A stretch of DNA of 64,000 nucleotides from an uncultured SAR86 cluster bacterium. Its GTDB lineage: Bacteria; Pseudomonadota; Gammaproteobacteria; Magnimaribacterales; D2472. Every line of letters starts with the position of its first letter. Within the stretch, counting starts at the first letter, position 1. The stretch is from positions 134,720-198,719 of the forward strand of contig CACBGD010000001.1 of NCBI GenBank assembly GCA_902538705.1. The letters are read 5' to 3'. Made by a program: the position numbers and the translations under genes. The notes beneath the pieces were generated by a model that saw only the letters and a program-made list of their open reading frames with translations, was not told the DNA's origin and did not search any database. This document shows positions 28,027-38,573 of this stretch, piece by piece.

Positions 28027-28548
28027 ATGGATAAAATATTAATTCTTTTTTCAACAACTGATGGTCATACTATTTCTATCTGCAATAGAATTGCAGAAGT
28101 CTTGTCAATGACTGGATCAATTACAATTACAAGCCTTGAGAGATGTTCGGAGCTTGAGATAAATAGTGCTGATAAAATCCTAGTTGGCGCAAGCATTCGC
28201 TATGGAAAGCACAAGAAAAATCTTTTCAGTTTTTCTAAGAAGTATAAAAGTATTTTAGACTCCAAAGATAATGCTTTTTTTAGTGTAAATGCAGTAGCAA
28301 GAAAACCAGAAAAAAGTGATCCAGAAACAAACCCATATTTAATTAAATTTATGAAGCAATCAGCTTGGCAACCAAAAAAATTAGGTGTTTTCGCAGGCAA
28401 AATTGATTATCCAAAGTATAAGTTTTTTGATAAGCATATGATTAGATTAATTATGTGGATTACAAATGGACCAACAGATATTAATGAATCCTTTGAGTTT
28501 ACAGATTGGTCAAAAGTAGATGATTTTGCAAAAGGCATTTTTCATTAA
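28027..28548 (+). CDS. hemG: Menaquinone-dependent protoporphyrinogen IX dehydrogenase (flavodoxin-like)
   Basis: 173 aa. Flavodoxin start KILILFSTTDGHT. Length and long-loop region are typical of HemG. Confidence 0.75.
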   Translation: MDKILILFSTTDGHTISICNRIAEVLSMTGSITITSLERCSELEINSADKILVGASIRYGKHKKNLFSFSKKYKSILDSKDNAFFSVNAVARKPEKSDPETNPYLIKFMKQSAWQPKKLGVFAGKIDYPKYKFFDKHMIRLIMWITNGPTDINESFEFTDWSKVDDFAKGIFH

Positions 28549-28599
28549 GTTATATTGTTTTTCTTGAAACCGACACTATAAATTTATTAAGATATCGCT

Positions 28600-28932
28600 A
28601 TGGAACAAAATACATCTATCAACGTCACTGAAAGTGCACAAAAAAGGATCCAGAATCTGCTTCCTGAGTATGAATCAGATGCTTTTCGCGTTTATGTCAC
28701 AGGAGGAGGTTGCTCTGGCTTCCAATATGGTTTTAAGTTTGATTCTGAAGAAGCTTTCGATGACGATATAATTGATTTTGGGAATTTTAGAGTCTTGTTA
28801 GACTCTCTTTCATATCCATACTTGTATGGCTCTGAGCTAGATTATGTTGAAGATCTCTCAGGTGCTAAATTTATTATTAAAAATCCTAACGCTAAAACTA
28901 CATGTGGATGCGGTGAATCTTTTACCGTCTAG
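28600..28932 (+). CDS. erpA: Iron-sulfur cluster insertion protein ErpA (A-type carrier)
   Basis: 110 aa. Contains GGGCSGFQY and C-terminal CGCGESF. Confidence 0.9.
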   Translation: MEQNTSINVTESAQKRIQNLLPEYESDAFRVYVTGGGCSGFQYGFKFDSEEAFDDDIIDFGNFRVLLDSLSYPYLYGSELDYVEDLSGAKFIIKNPNAKTTCGCGESFTV

Positions 28933-29932
28933 GCTCAACTAATAAACCTCTTTTCAAATAAGCTAAGTAGGCAAAAGCAGCAGACTCTACAAATTTTGAA
29001 GGGATTAAATGGTCTGTAAGCTTGAAAGATGACCCAATATTTTTGTTCAATCTTTCCATAAGGAAATTATTCTTAATACCACCGCCGTGCAGTAATATCT
29101 CCCCAGAAGTATCAAAAGAATGGCAAAAATCAGATATACATAAAGCGGTAAGCTCGCACAAAGTTGCCAATAAATTTTCAGGTTTATCTGATTTAAGTTC
29201 ATCAAGATTATAGTAATAAGATTTGTCATCAGCTCTGGGATAGCCTTTGGTTCGTATTTTATCAAGCAAGCTATGTAAAAGCTGATAATCTATTTGTCCT
29301 GAAGCTGCAATTTTCCCATCTTCATCATATGGCATTCCAAAGTAACGCATTGCGACTAAGTCAATTAAACAGTTTCCAGGTCCAACATCTGATGCTAATT
29401 TAATATCCTCTCCATCCAGATAAGTACCATTAGATATTCCTCCAATATTGAAAATAATCTTTCTTTTGTTTGATTCAGCAAATAAATATTTATGGAATTC
29501 TGGAACGAGCGGCGCACCCAAACCTCCTTTTTGTATGTCATAGTTTCTAAAATCATGGATTACTTCTATTCCAACTTCATCAGCTATAAACTGAGCACAC
29601 CCAATTTGATAGCTTCGCTCTGCGTCATGAAACATAGTTTGTCCAGGAAATCCTATTCTTGATATTGAAGATGTATCAATTTCTTCTAATAAATCTTTTA
29701 TTAGCTCCACAGAGCTTTTATTTAAGCTCTCCTCAAGTTTGAGCACCATTTTGTCATCATTCTTCTTTTTAAAGCCCTTTTTAATAGCTTCCTCATATTT
29801 TGGTTTATAGTTTTTTTCAAGACTGTTTGATTTTGAGTATATAAGCTCAAACCGATTAGTGAAATCCACTACACATCCATCAATTGAATCAGCACTTGTT
29901 CCAGTCATTAAACCGATAAAATATTTACTCAT
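28922..29932 (-). CDS. anmK: Anhydro-N-acetylmuramic acid kinase
   Basis: 336 aa. Contains GLMTGTSADSIDG and NIGGISN. Shows erpA/anmK/M23/tyrS synteny as in Pseudomonas. Confidence 0.85.
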   Translation of the reverse strand: MSKYFIGLMTGTSADSIDGCVVDFTNRFELIYSKSNSLEKNYKPKYEEAIKKGFKKKNDDKMVLKLEESLNKSSVELIKDLLEEIDTSSISRIGFPGQTMFHDAERSYQIGCAQFIADEVGIEVIHDFRNYDIQKGGLGAPLVPEFHKYLFAESNKRKIIFNIGGISNGTYLDGEDIKLASDVGPGNCLIDLVAMRYFGMPYDEDGKIAASGQIDYQLLHSLLDKIRTKGYPRADDKSYYYNLDELKSDKPENLLATLCELTALCISDFCHSFDTSGEILLHGGGIKNNFLMERLNKNIGSSFKLTDHLIPSKFVESAAFAYLAYLKRGLLVEPRR

Positions 29933-31181
29933 AAGCTACTTCATTACTCTCTGAATCAAAGACTTTTAGCGCTTCTTTACTTTCTTGAACAATAGCCATA
30001 AAGCCATCAAGCTTAGATTTATCTATTGGCTTCGCTGATGGTAACTCTACTTTAACTGGATCAGTCCTTTTTTCACCAATTCTAAATTCATAATGTAAAT
30101 GTGGTGCAGTTGCTAATCCAGAATCTCCTACAAAAGCAATAATTTGACCTTGCGAGACTTTTGTACCAACTTTTATTTTTGACTCAAACTTCTCTAAGTG
30201 AGCATAGAGAGTTGATATATTTCCACCATGACGTATTTCTAAAGTTCTCCCATAACCACTTTTCCATCCAGCAAAGGAAATAACACCTTCACCTGATGCC
30301 TTAATTGGAGTATTTCTTCTTGCCGCATAATCCACTCCGTTATGTGCCTTAATCTTATGGAGTATTGGATGCATCCTATTTGGATTGAAGTGAGAGCTAA
30401 TATATGCAAAATCTAATGGCGCTCTTAAAAAAGCTTTTTTTACATTGTTACCATTTTCATCAAAGTATTGTTTTCCAAGTTCATCATCAAAATACCTTTG
30501 GGCAGTATATCTCTGACCATTATTAATAAATTCAGCAAAAACTATGTCGCCGCTCGAAATTTTTTCACCTTCTGAATAGTCAGTTTCATAAATAACTGAA
30601 AAAGTATCTCCATTTCTGACATCAAAAATGAAATCAATATCCCAACCAAAAATAAAAGCGAAGTCCATAATGATGCTGTCCGGCATATTAGCTTTTAGAC
30701 CAGACTCATAAAAAGAGCTTTGAATCTCTCCCATGCTAATTGATTTAAGTTTCTCTACCTCTTTTATAATCTTTTCAATCGAGATATTTTCTCCTATATC
30801 TACCCTAATACTATTCAAGATATCTTTTTTGATTTCAATTCTATTTATCTCGTCATTTAGGAAGGAAAACTTTATTTCATCACCGGGCTTAATATTTCTT
30901 AGCTCATTACTTCTATCAAGCTTAAGGATTTTATAAACAGTATTTAAAGGCACTCTGTAGTCTTCGAAAATAATCGATAAATTTTCTCCGTCTTTCACTT
31001 CATGGATCATAGAAGTTTCGACTCCTTCTAATTTAGGTTTAAAAAACTCTTCAATAAATATATCTTCAACTGGTGGTGCTTCATTGTTTTTGCGATCTAT
31101 GCTGAGAAGAATTATCAAAAAGGCTGCGATTAGAAATGCCAACACAACATACTTAAATGAGATTCTTTTGTATTCAATCAT
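29925..31181 (-). CDS. M23-family murein DD-endopeptidase with N-terminal TM and OapA/LysM-like domain (MepM-like)
   Basis: 418 aa. Contains HNGVDYAA and APHLHYEF zinc-ligand motifs. Confidence 0.85.
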   Translation of the reverse strand: MIEYKRISFKYVVLAFLIAAFLIILLSIDRKNNEAPPVEDIFIEEFFKPKLEGVETSMIHEVKDGENLSIIFEDYRVPLNTVYKILKLDRSNELRNIKPGDEIKFSFLNDEINRIEIKKDILNSIRVDIGENISIEKIIKEVEKLKSISMGEIQSSFYESGLKANMPDSIIMDFAFIFGWDIDFIFDVRNGDTFSVIYETDYSEGEKISSGDIVFAEFINNGQRYTAQRYFDDELGKQYFDENGNNVKKAFLRAPLDFAYISSHFNPNRMHPILHKIKAHNGVDYAARRNTPIKASGEGVISFAGWKSGYGRTLEIRHGGNISTLYAHLEKFESKIKVGTKVSQGQIIAFVGDSGLATAPHLHYEFRIGEKRTDPVKVELPSAKPIDKSKLDGFMAIVQESKEALKVFDSESNEVAYE

Positions 31182-34100
31182 TAGTCTTCTAAATTAAGGA
31201 TCTCTGCGTTACCGCCAAAAGCAACTGTATTTTTAGTTATAGATCTCTCATCAACAAATTGGAGCAAGTAATTTGGTCCACCAGCCTTAAAGCCAGTACC
31301 TGATAAGCCTGTTCCTCCAAATGGTTGTGAACCGACAACAGCACCAACAATATCTCTATTGATATAAGTATTCCCGGCGATAGATTTGTTTATGATGTCA
31401 TCTGCCTTTGATTCGATTCTAGAGTGGACACCCATAGTTAAACCATATTGTTTATTTTTAAGAGCAATTAAGATTTGATCAAGCTCATCAGTTTTATATT
31501 TAATGATATGAAGTATCGGTCCAAACTTCTCTTCATTTATTTCATCAATCGAATTTAACTCAATTAAGGTTGGCGAAACAAAATTACCATCAGGAGCCTG
31601 ATTGTGGCTAAAGACCTCATATCCAGTATTTGAACATTCTGAAATATATTCAAGAAGCACATCTCTTGATTTTTCATCGATAATTGGACCAACATCACAG
31701 TGGAAATCTTCGGGATTTCCAACAGTAAGTTCAGCCATTGCATCTTTAATCATTTCTACCAGATCTTCGAAAATACTTTCATGAATAATAGCTAGCCTCA
31801 AAGCAGAGCATCTTTGCCCAGCACTATTAAAAGATGATCTCATTATGTCATCAACAACCTGCTCAAGAAGTGAGCTTGAATCTATAAACATAGCATTAAG
31901 GCCTCCTGTTTCAGCAATTAAAGAAGAGATGGGACCATCTTTTTTTGCCAATTGGAGATTAATTTTTTTTGCAGTTGCTGAAGACCCGGTAAAGGCAACT
32001 CCAGAAATATGATCAAATGAAATTAATTTTGAACCTATTGAGCCATCTCCCTGAATTAATTTTAAAGCAGATTTTGGTACACCATTTTCATAAAAAAGCT
32101 CAATCATCATGGTTGCAATTATTGGAGTATGCTCAGACGGCTTTGATATAACTGAATTCCCGGTTACAAGAGCCGCGGCTATTTGGCCTGCAAAAATGGC
32201 AAGCGGGAAATTCCATGGGCTAATGCATACAAAAGTACCTTTTGATTGGTAGAAGAGTTGATTGGATTCACCCGTTGGACCATTGAGGTTGTTAGGTTCG
32301 CTTAAAAGAGTTTTAGCATTATCTGCATAGTATCTAAGAAAATCGACTGCCTCCCTAATTTCATCATAGGAATCTTTGTACGTTTTCCCAGCCTCATGAA
32401 TTAAGTAATATAAGAATCTTGTTGAATCTTTCTCTAAACTATCAGCAATTCTATAAAAGATATCTGCCCTCTCGCTTACAGGAGTATTTTTCCACTTAGT
32501 GCATTGTGTAAAATTTAATTCATTTGCTATATCCGCAAAAGAACAGCCTCCAATCTCACTACCATTCGCTATTGAATATCTTTTTTCATTTTTAGATTCA
32601 TCAACCTCGCTGCAAAAGTTTTTTGCCTCAATCTTTAAATCTTCAAACTTCAAAAGGTCTGATTTTAAGGATAGAAGATTCTCAGGTTCGCTTAAATCAT
32701 ATCCAGATGAATTGACTCTTGGAGAAAAGATATCTGATGGGTTAACGATTTTTTTATGTTGAAGATTATCAATAGCTTTTTTTACAGATTTCACAGGATT
32801 TTCTGCTAGATCATCTGGTCTTACTTCTGGATTAAGTAAGTTGTTCACAAACGAGCTGTTAGCACCATTTTCAAGCAGCCTTCTTACTAAATATGGAAGC
32901 AAATCTCTATAGGGACCGATAGGTGCATATATTCCAGCGGAAGGAATACCTCCTAAAACTTTATCTGCAGACTTATAAAGCAACTCTCCCATGCCAAAAA
33001 GTCTTTGGAATTCATATTCTTTTTCTTCAGCCATAAAGTAAATTGAAGATACAGAATGGGCGTTATGAGTAGCAAACTTTGGCATTAAGTTGTTTGAGTC
33101 AAGAAGTTTAGAGGCAATAAATAAATAGTTAAGGTCAGTGAGACTTTTATTAATGAGAACTGGGAACCCTTCATGACCTCCGGCTTGAGAGAATTTTATT
33201 TCTCCATCCCAATATGCACCTTTAGTCAGTCTAACATGCATTTTTTCTCTTTTAGAACATAACTCATTCGCCCAATTGACAACATTTGATGCTCTTTTCC
33301 CATATGCTTGCATTGCAAAACCTAAACCACTCCAATCCTTTATTTTTTTACTCATAGCAACTTCTTCAATCAAATCTTGACTAATAGAAAGTCTGTGTTG
33401 CTCTTCGGCATCAATTGTTATTTCTACATCATTTTGATATGCAAGATTAACTAGACTCAGGATTGAGTTTAGTATTTCTTTTTTTATTAGCTTATATTTT
33501 AGGGTCTCATATCGCGGATGAAGAGCTGAAAGCTTTATTGATACTCCATGATTGATCTCATGCTCTCTGTTAAGATTCGCAACTCTCTCAATTGCCTCAA
33601 CGTAAGAATTATAGAAGCCCTCAGCTTGCGTTTTGGTTCGAGCAGCTTCACCAAGCATATCAAAGCTATGAATAGATTTTTTAAGGTTTGAACTCTTAAC
33701 AACAGAATTGAAATCATTTCCCATCACAAATTCTTTACTTAAAATCTGCATTGCTGTCATGATCGCTTGTCGAACAGAAGTCTCACCTGTTTTTTGCGCA
33801 AGTTCGCCAATCCACTCAAGTGGATTATCAAACAAAGCTCTTGGAGGTTGAATAACTTTTCCAGCTATTAATAAGCCCCAAGTAGCTGCGTTAACAAATA
33901 AACTATCGGCTTGATTTATATGATTTATCCAATTTGAATTTGTAATCTTTTCAGATATTAATTCATCTTTCGTACTATCATCTGGGATTCTAAGGACTGA
34001 CTCAGCAAGGCACATTAAGGCGACACCTTCATCATTTGTTAAACCATATTCACTCAGGAATTTATCTAGAAGCGTCCTACCCGACTTATTTTTTCTACAT

Positions 34101-34216
34101 TCAGTGATTATTTTTTTTGTTGCCAAGAAGATTTCTTTCTCTTTAGAGTTATCAAATTTAGTTATTAAATATTTAGCAATTTCTTTATCTGAATGGAATT
34201 TTGTGAAATCTTTCAT
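31181..34216 (-). CDS. putA: Bifunctional proline dehydrogenase / 1-pyrroline-5-carboxylate dehydrogenase (short form, no DNA-binding domain)
   Basis: 1011 aa. An N-terminal PRODH barrel region is followed by an aldehyde dehydrogenase half (ETGGLNA, GQRCSA). Confidence 0.9.
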   Translation of the reverse strand: MKDFTKFHSDKEIAKYLITKFDNSKEKEIFLATKKIITECRKNKSGRTLLDKFLSEYGLTNDEGVALMCLAESVLRIPDDSTKDELISEKITNSNWINHINQADSLFVNAATWGLLIAGKVIQPPRALFDNPLEWIGELAQKTGETSVRQAIMTAMQILSKEFVMGNDFNSVVKSSNLKKSIHSFDMLGEAARTKTQAEGFYNSYVEAIERVANLNREHEINHGVSIKLSALHPRYETLKYKLIKKEILNSILSLVNLAYQNDVEITIDAEEQHRLSISQDLIEEVAMSKKIKDWSGLGFAMQAYGKRASNVVNWANELCSKREKMHVRLTKGAYWDGEIKFSQAGGHEGFPVLINKSLTDLNYLFIASKLLDSNNLMPKFATHNAHSVSSIYFMAEEKEYEFQRLFGMGELLYKSADKVLGGIPSAGIYAPIGPYRDLLPYLVRRLLENGANSSFVNNLLNPEVRPDDLAENPVKSVKKAIDNLQHKKIVNPSDIFSPRVNSSGYDLSEPENLLSLKSDLLKFEDLKIEAKNFCSEVDESKNEKRYSIANGSEIGGCSFADIANELNFTQCTKWKNTPVSERADIFYRIADSLEKDSTRFLYYLIHEAGKTYKDSYDEIREAVDFLRYYADNAKTLLSEPNNLNGPTGESNQLFYQSKGTFVCISPWNFPLAIFAGQIAAALVTGNSVISKPSEHTPIIATMMIELFYENGVPKSALKLIQGDGSIGSKLISFDHISGVAFTGSSATAKKINLQLAKKDGPISSLIAETGGLNAMFIDSSSLLEQVVDDIMRSSFNSAGQRCSALRLAIIHESIFEDLVEMIKDAMAELTVGNPEDFHCDVGPIIDEKSRDVLLEYISECSNTGYEVFSHNQAPDGNFVSPTLIELNSIDEINEEKFGPILHIIKYKTDELDQILIALKNKQYGLTMGVHSRIESKADDIINKSIAGNTYINRDIVGAVVGSQPFGGTGLSGTGFKAGGPNYLLQFVDERSITKNTVAFGGNAEILNLED

Positions 34217-34251
34217 AAACTTATTTTATACTATGATGGAGAAAAATTTTT

Positions 34252-35436
34252 ATGAAAGAATCTCTTGAATTAATAAAGCGAGGCATCGATGAACTCTTAA
34301 CTGAGGATGACCTAGTTTCAAAACTTGAATCTAAAAAACAACTAACTGTTAAGGTTGGATTTGATCCTACTGCACCTGATCTCCATCTTGGCCATACTGT
34401 GATCCTAAACAAGATGAGGCATTTCCAAGATCTTGGCCATAAGGTAGTTTTTTTAATTGGAGATTTTACTGGAAGGATAGGGGATCCTTCTGGCAAAAAC
34501 AAAACACGTCCATCACTTGATAAAGAGGAGCTTGAAAAAAATGCTAAAACTTATTCTGATCAAGTATTTAAAATCTTAAATAAAGATTTAACAGAAATCA
34601 GATTTAACTCTGAGTGGTGTGAAGATTTAGGTGCTGACGGAATTATTGGGCTTGCATCAAAATATAATTTAGGTCGCATGCTTGAAAGAGATGATTTTTC
34701 GAAACGCTATAAAGCAAATCAACAAATTGCTATTCACGAGTTTTTATATCCATTAATTCAGGCCTATGACTCAATCGCTTTAAATGCTGATGTGGAAATG
34801 GGCGGAACTGACCAAAAATTTAATCTTCTTGTGGGAAGAGAGCTGCAAAGGGCATTTAATCAAGAACCTCAAGTTTGTATAACACTTCCTATCTTAGAGG
34901 GCTTGGACGGCACTAATAAAATGTCTAAATCCTTAGATAATTATGTTGGTATCAATGAAGATCCCTATGAAATGTTTGGCAAAATTATGTCAATTTCTGA
35001 TGATTTGATGTGGAGATGGTTCGAATTATTAAGTTTTAGGCCTATAAATGAGATAAATGAGCTTAAAAAAGAGGTTAAATCGGGTATGAACCCTCGAGAT
35101 ACCAAAATTTTACTTGCTGAAGAGATAATTGAGCGATTTCATTCCAAAAAAGATGCTGAAAATGCAAAAAATACATTTCTTGATAGGTTTCAAAAAGGGG
35201 CAAAGCCAAAAGATATAGAAACGTTTTCAATTTCTTTGGATGATGACATTGCTATTGGAAACTTGCTTAAAGAATCTGGATTAGTTCAGAGCACATCGGA
35301 AGCTATGCGTTTAGTTAAACAAGGAGCGGTAAAAATCAATGATGAAAAAATTGATGATCCAAAACTCAGCATTAAAAAAAATCAAGAGTTACTTGTTCAA
35401 GTTGGCAAGAGAAGATTCTTAAAAATTAAAACCTAG
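34252..35436 (+). CDS. tyrS: Tyrosine--tRNA ligase (type 2)
   Basis: 394 aa. Contains HLGH and KMSKS motifs and a C-terminal S4 domain. Confidence 0.95.
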   Translation: MKESLELIKRGIDELLTEDDLVSKLESKKQLTVKVGFDPTAPDLHLGHTVILNKMRHFQDLGHKVVFLIGDFTGRIGDPSGKNKTRPSLDKEELEKNAKTYSDQVFKILNKDLTEIRFNSEWCEDLGADGIIGLASKYNLGRMLERDDFSKRYKANQQIAIHEFLYPLIQAYDSIALNADVEMGGTDQKFNLLVGRELQRAFNQEPQVCITLPILEGLDGTNKMSKSLDNYVGINEDPYEMFGKIMSISDDLMWRWFELLSFRPINEINELKKEVKSGMNPRDTKILLAEEIIERFHSKKDAENAKNTFLDRFQKGAKPKDIETFSISLDDDIAIGNLLKESGLVQSTSEAMRLVKQGAVKINDEKIDDPKLSIKKNQELLVQVGKRRFLKIKT

Positions 35437-37545
35437 TTATTTCTTGGAAATTTCATTTAGAGCAAATCCATATATTTCAGAAATTGCTTCAATCTGTTTT
35501 GATCGAGGAGTCCCTGCACCGTGACCAGCTCGATCTTCAATTCTAATTAGAATTTTATTTTCACAACCTTGAGCTTCTTGGAGACGGGCTGCAAATTTAT
35601 ATGAGTGAGATGGCACAACACGATCATCTCTGTTAGAAGTAAAAACTAAAGTAGTTGGATAACATACTCCATCTTGAATATTGTGATAGGGAGAATACTC
35701 ATACAAATTCAAGAAAGCATCTTTTTCATCTGGTGATCCATAGTCACTTGTCCATGCCCATCCAATTGTAAACTTATGAAATCTCAGCATGTCCATTACT
35801 CCAACTCCCGGTAAAGCTACTTTGAATAATTTTGGATTTTGAAGCATAGTTGCTCCAACTAAAAGTCCACCATTTGACCTTCCCTCAATTGCAGTTGTCT
35901 CTGGAGAACCAATTCCAGTTGCATGTAAAAATTTTGCAGCATAAGCAAAATCATCAAAGACATTTTGCTTATTGAAGAGCATCCCATCCTCATGCCATTT
36001 TGCTCCATACTCAGACCCACCTCGCAAACTTGCAACTGCAACTACGCCACCTTGATTCATCCAAGATAAAAATCTTTTACTAAAACCAGGAAGAATTGAG
36101 ATATCAAAACCTCCATATCCATAGAGCAACACTGGTGTATTTTCATCAACATTTATATTACTTAAACTGCTGATATGCAGTGGTATTTTAGTTCCATCTT
36201 TTGATTCATAAAACCATAATTTTGTCTCATAATCATCTACATTATGATCTGCTAGACGCTCTTCCCAAAAAACATCATAAGAGAAATCTTCCATATTTAT
36301 CTTATAGATTTTCGTTGGGGTAACGTAGTTAGAAAAATTAAAGTAAGTCTCTTTATCATTTATTCCGCCACCAAATCCGCCCATGGTTCCAGCGAGCTCA
36401 AACTTAAAATCACTCAGATGATTTCCACTCATATCGAAGAATTTAATTTTTGAAATGGTATCTACTAGATAATTAATAACTATCTTCTCATTGACTATAT
36501 TGACGGAACGAATTGCAAAATCAGATTCATCAATTACGTCATTCCAAACATAAGATCCGTTCTTAATTGTTAACGCTGAAACTTTTCCGTTGGGTGCATT
36601 TTCAGTTGAGTAGAAAAATAGAACATCATCTTTACTTGTAATATATCCATACTCACCAATTAGTTCATCGATGACTGGAATGAAATTTTCAGAATCACTA
36701 GATTTAATATAGATCCTATTTTTTTCTTCTGTTCCATCACTGATAGAAAGAATTTTATGAGCATTATTTTCAGAGATCGAAATCGACCAACCCCATCTGG
36801 GCTGTTCAGGATTTTCATAAATAAGCTCATCTTCATCTTGTGACGTTCCTAATTTGTGGAACATTAATTTTGGTTGTTCGTTTATATCTGCTAGTAACTC
36901 ATCTATTGGCTCAGAATATTTCTGATAATAAAAACCAGAATTATTTTTTTCCCAAACTGCCCCAGAAAATTTTGACCAGTTAATAGTTTCCTCTAAAAGT
37001 TCTCGAGTTTCTATATTCATAATTTTCCATACTCGCCAATCTGATCCTCCATCCGAAATCGAATATGCGATCCATTTTCCATCTGGACTTATGCTCGTTC
37101 CCCCCAAAGAGAAAGTTCCGTCTTCTGAAAATGAATTTGGATCAATTAATACTTCTGCCTCACAATTTTCAAGACAGTCTTTCATCATCAATTTGCTATG
37201 TTGCCAATCACCTTCATTAAAATAGTAAAAAATTCGGTCATTTTGTAAATATGGAGTACTAATTGACTCTCCATCCCATACTTTTTCTAAGTCTTTGCCA
37301 ATATTTCGTGTAAAAGGGCCTTTTTTTAGGTATTTTTCAGTAAATTTGTTCTGATTTTGCTCCCAAGCGGTAGATTCAGGTGAAGTGAAGTCCTCAAGCC
37401 ACCTATATTGGTCCTCAACTGTTACTCCAAAGATCTCCTCAACAGTGCCATCTTTCCTTGATTCTGGGTAATTTTCATCATTATTCATATTTGAGCAACC
37501 TGCTACAAAAATAAGGGTTATTAAGTAGATACGGGATAGTTTCAT
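35437..37545 (-). CDS. Prolyl oligopeptidase (S9A) lipoprotein
   Basis: 702 aa. Lipobox FVAGC. Beta-propeller followed by a catalytic domain with GRSNGGLL. Its stop codon abuts the tyrS stop (0-nt gap). Confidence 0.9.
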   Translation of the reverse strand: MKLSRIYLITLIFVAGCSNMNNDENYPESRKDGTVEEIFGVTVEDQYRWLEDFTSPESTAWEQNQNKFTEKYLKKGPFTRNIGKDLEKVWDGESISTPYLQNDRIFYYFNEGDWQHSKLMMKDCLENCEAEVLIDPNSFSEDGTFSLGGTSISPDGKWIAYSISDGGSDWRVWKIMNIETRELLEETINWSKFSGAVWEKNNSGFYYQKYSEPIDELLADINEQPKLMFHKLGTSQDEDELIYENPEQPRWGWSISISENNAHKILSISDGTEEKNRIYIKSSDSENFIPVIDELIGEYGYITSKDDVLFFYSTENAPNGKVSALTIKNGSYVWNDVIDESDFAIRSVNIVNEKIVINYLVDTISKIKFFDMSGNHLSDFKFELAGTMGGFGGGINDKETYFNFSNYVTPTKIYKINMEDFSYDVFWEERLADHNVDDYETKLWFYESKDGTKIPLHISSLSNINVDENTPVLLYGYGGFDISILPGFSKRFLSWMNQGGVVAVASLRGGSEYGAKWHEDGMLFNKQNVFDDFAYAAKFLHATGIGSPETTAIEGRSNGGLLVGATMLQNPKLFKVALPGVGVMDMLRFHKFTIGWAWTSDYGSPDEKDAFLNLYEYSPYHNIQDGVCYPTTLVFTSNRDDRVVPSHSYKFAARLQEAQGCENKILIRIEDRAGHGAGTPRSKQIEAISEIYGFALNEISKK

Positions 37546-37582
37546 GTATACAATATCTTATCAATAAATTAATGGTAAAAAC

Positions 37583-38257
37583 ATGAGTCAATTCATTGCA
37601 GCATGGGAATTTGCGCTTAAAAACTTTCAATATCTATTTTTACTAGTTTTACCAGTAATGGTTAGTGAAATGCTAGTCGCATACTTATTAATACCTATTG
37701 ATGGAATGGATCCAATGGATATAAACGAGTATATGTCCGGAAACGTAGCAAGCATTATGATAGTTTCCCTTATTGCTATTGTGCTCAGTGTATCTCTTAC
37801 TGGCGGATTGATGGTTGCTTATCAATCAATCATGTCGCAAAAAGCCTCAAATCCAATTAATGCTTTGTTAGCAGGCTTTAAAAAATTCTTTCCTTTACTT
37901 GGAGCAACGATTCTTTCATCGTTATTAATAGGTTTAGGAGCAATACTTTTGATACTTCCTGCTTTTTATTTTATGGGGCGTGTTTACCTTTTCCCAGCAT
38001 ATATTATGTTTGAAGATAAGGGCGTTATGGATTCTCTTAGATCTTCTTGGGAAGCAACCGATGAACACGGAACAACTCTTTTCTTTTTAACCTTTGTATT
38101 TTTTGTACTAACCCTTGTAGCGGGCTCATTAATGTCAGGTGTAATATTCGATGGCAATCCTGTTGCAGGAACTATTGGGGCAGGGGTTGTTGAATATATT
38201 TGTGTTCTGCCATGGATGTACATCTACTTCAGCTTGTATAAATCTATAAAGAGCTAA
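37583..38257 (+). CDS. Hypothetical polytopic membrane protein
   Basis: 224 aa with about 5-6 hydrophobic helices. No motif recognised. Confidence 0.6.
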   Translation: MSQFIAAWEFALKNFQYLFLLVLPVMVSEMLVAYLLIPIDGMDPMDINEYMSGNVASIMIVSLIAIVLSVSLTGGLMVAYQSIMSQKASNPINALLAGFKKFFPLLGATILSSLLIGLGAILLILPAFYFMGRVYLFPAYIMFEDKGVMDSLRSSWEATDEHGTTLFFLTFVFFVLTLVAGSLMSGVIFDGNPVAGTIGAGVVEYICVLPWMYIYFSLYKSIKS

Positions 38258-38309
38258 AATTATTGTTGAGATTGCATTTGGAGGGTAAAATGCTCCTTCC
38301 AATTTAATT

Positions 38310-38387
<78 letters not shown>

Positions 38388-38573
38388 CTTCGATGATGCG
38401 GAACAGTCTATAAAAAATGGTTTTAAGTCTTTGGAGGTAAGCTTATAACCTTAAATTATTTGCTCACTTTCATTTCAAATAGTTGCTCAAGAGTCGGTGA
38501 ATCGAGTCATTATGTAGCCTATACAATACAAGTCAAACTATTCAGCAAAACTGATAAACTATAGGATAGGGTT

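Noticed and set aside
31181-34216. PutA shorter than E. coli PutA, considered as a truncated pseudogene; also its position between the M23 peptidase gene and tyrS
   Set aside because: The frame is uninterrupted and both catalytic halves are present. PutA forms of about 1000 aa lacking the N-terminal DNA-binding domain are a normal class. The changed position is an ordinary rearrangement.
34221-34502. 93-aa minus-strand ORF overlapping the tyrS 5' end. Many similar 60-115-aa antisense ORFs occur inside acs, pcnB, hemL, putA, katG, priA, the MmeI-like gene and others.
   Set aside because: All lie antisense to, or out of frame with, long genes that have strong family motifs. None has recognisable motifs or its own SD. 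They are typical shadow ORFs of AT-rich DNA.
38388-38573. Search for an integrase remnant or small ORF between tRNA-Ile and the R-M gene
   Set aside because: No ORF longer than a few codons occurs in any frame. Only the short tRNA-like fragment at 38493-38508 is notable, and it is reported with the islet.
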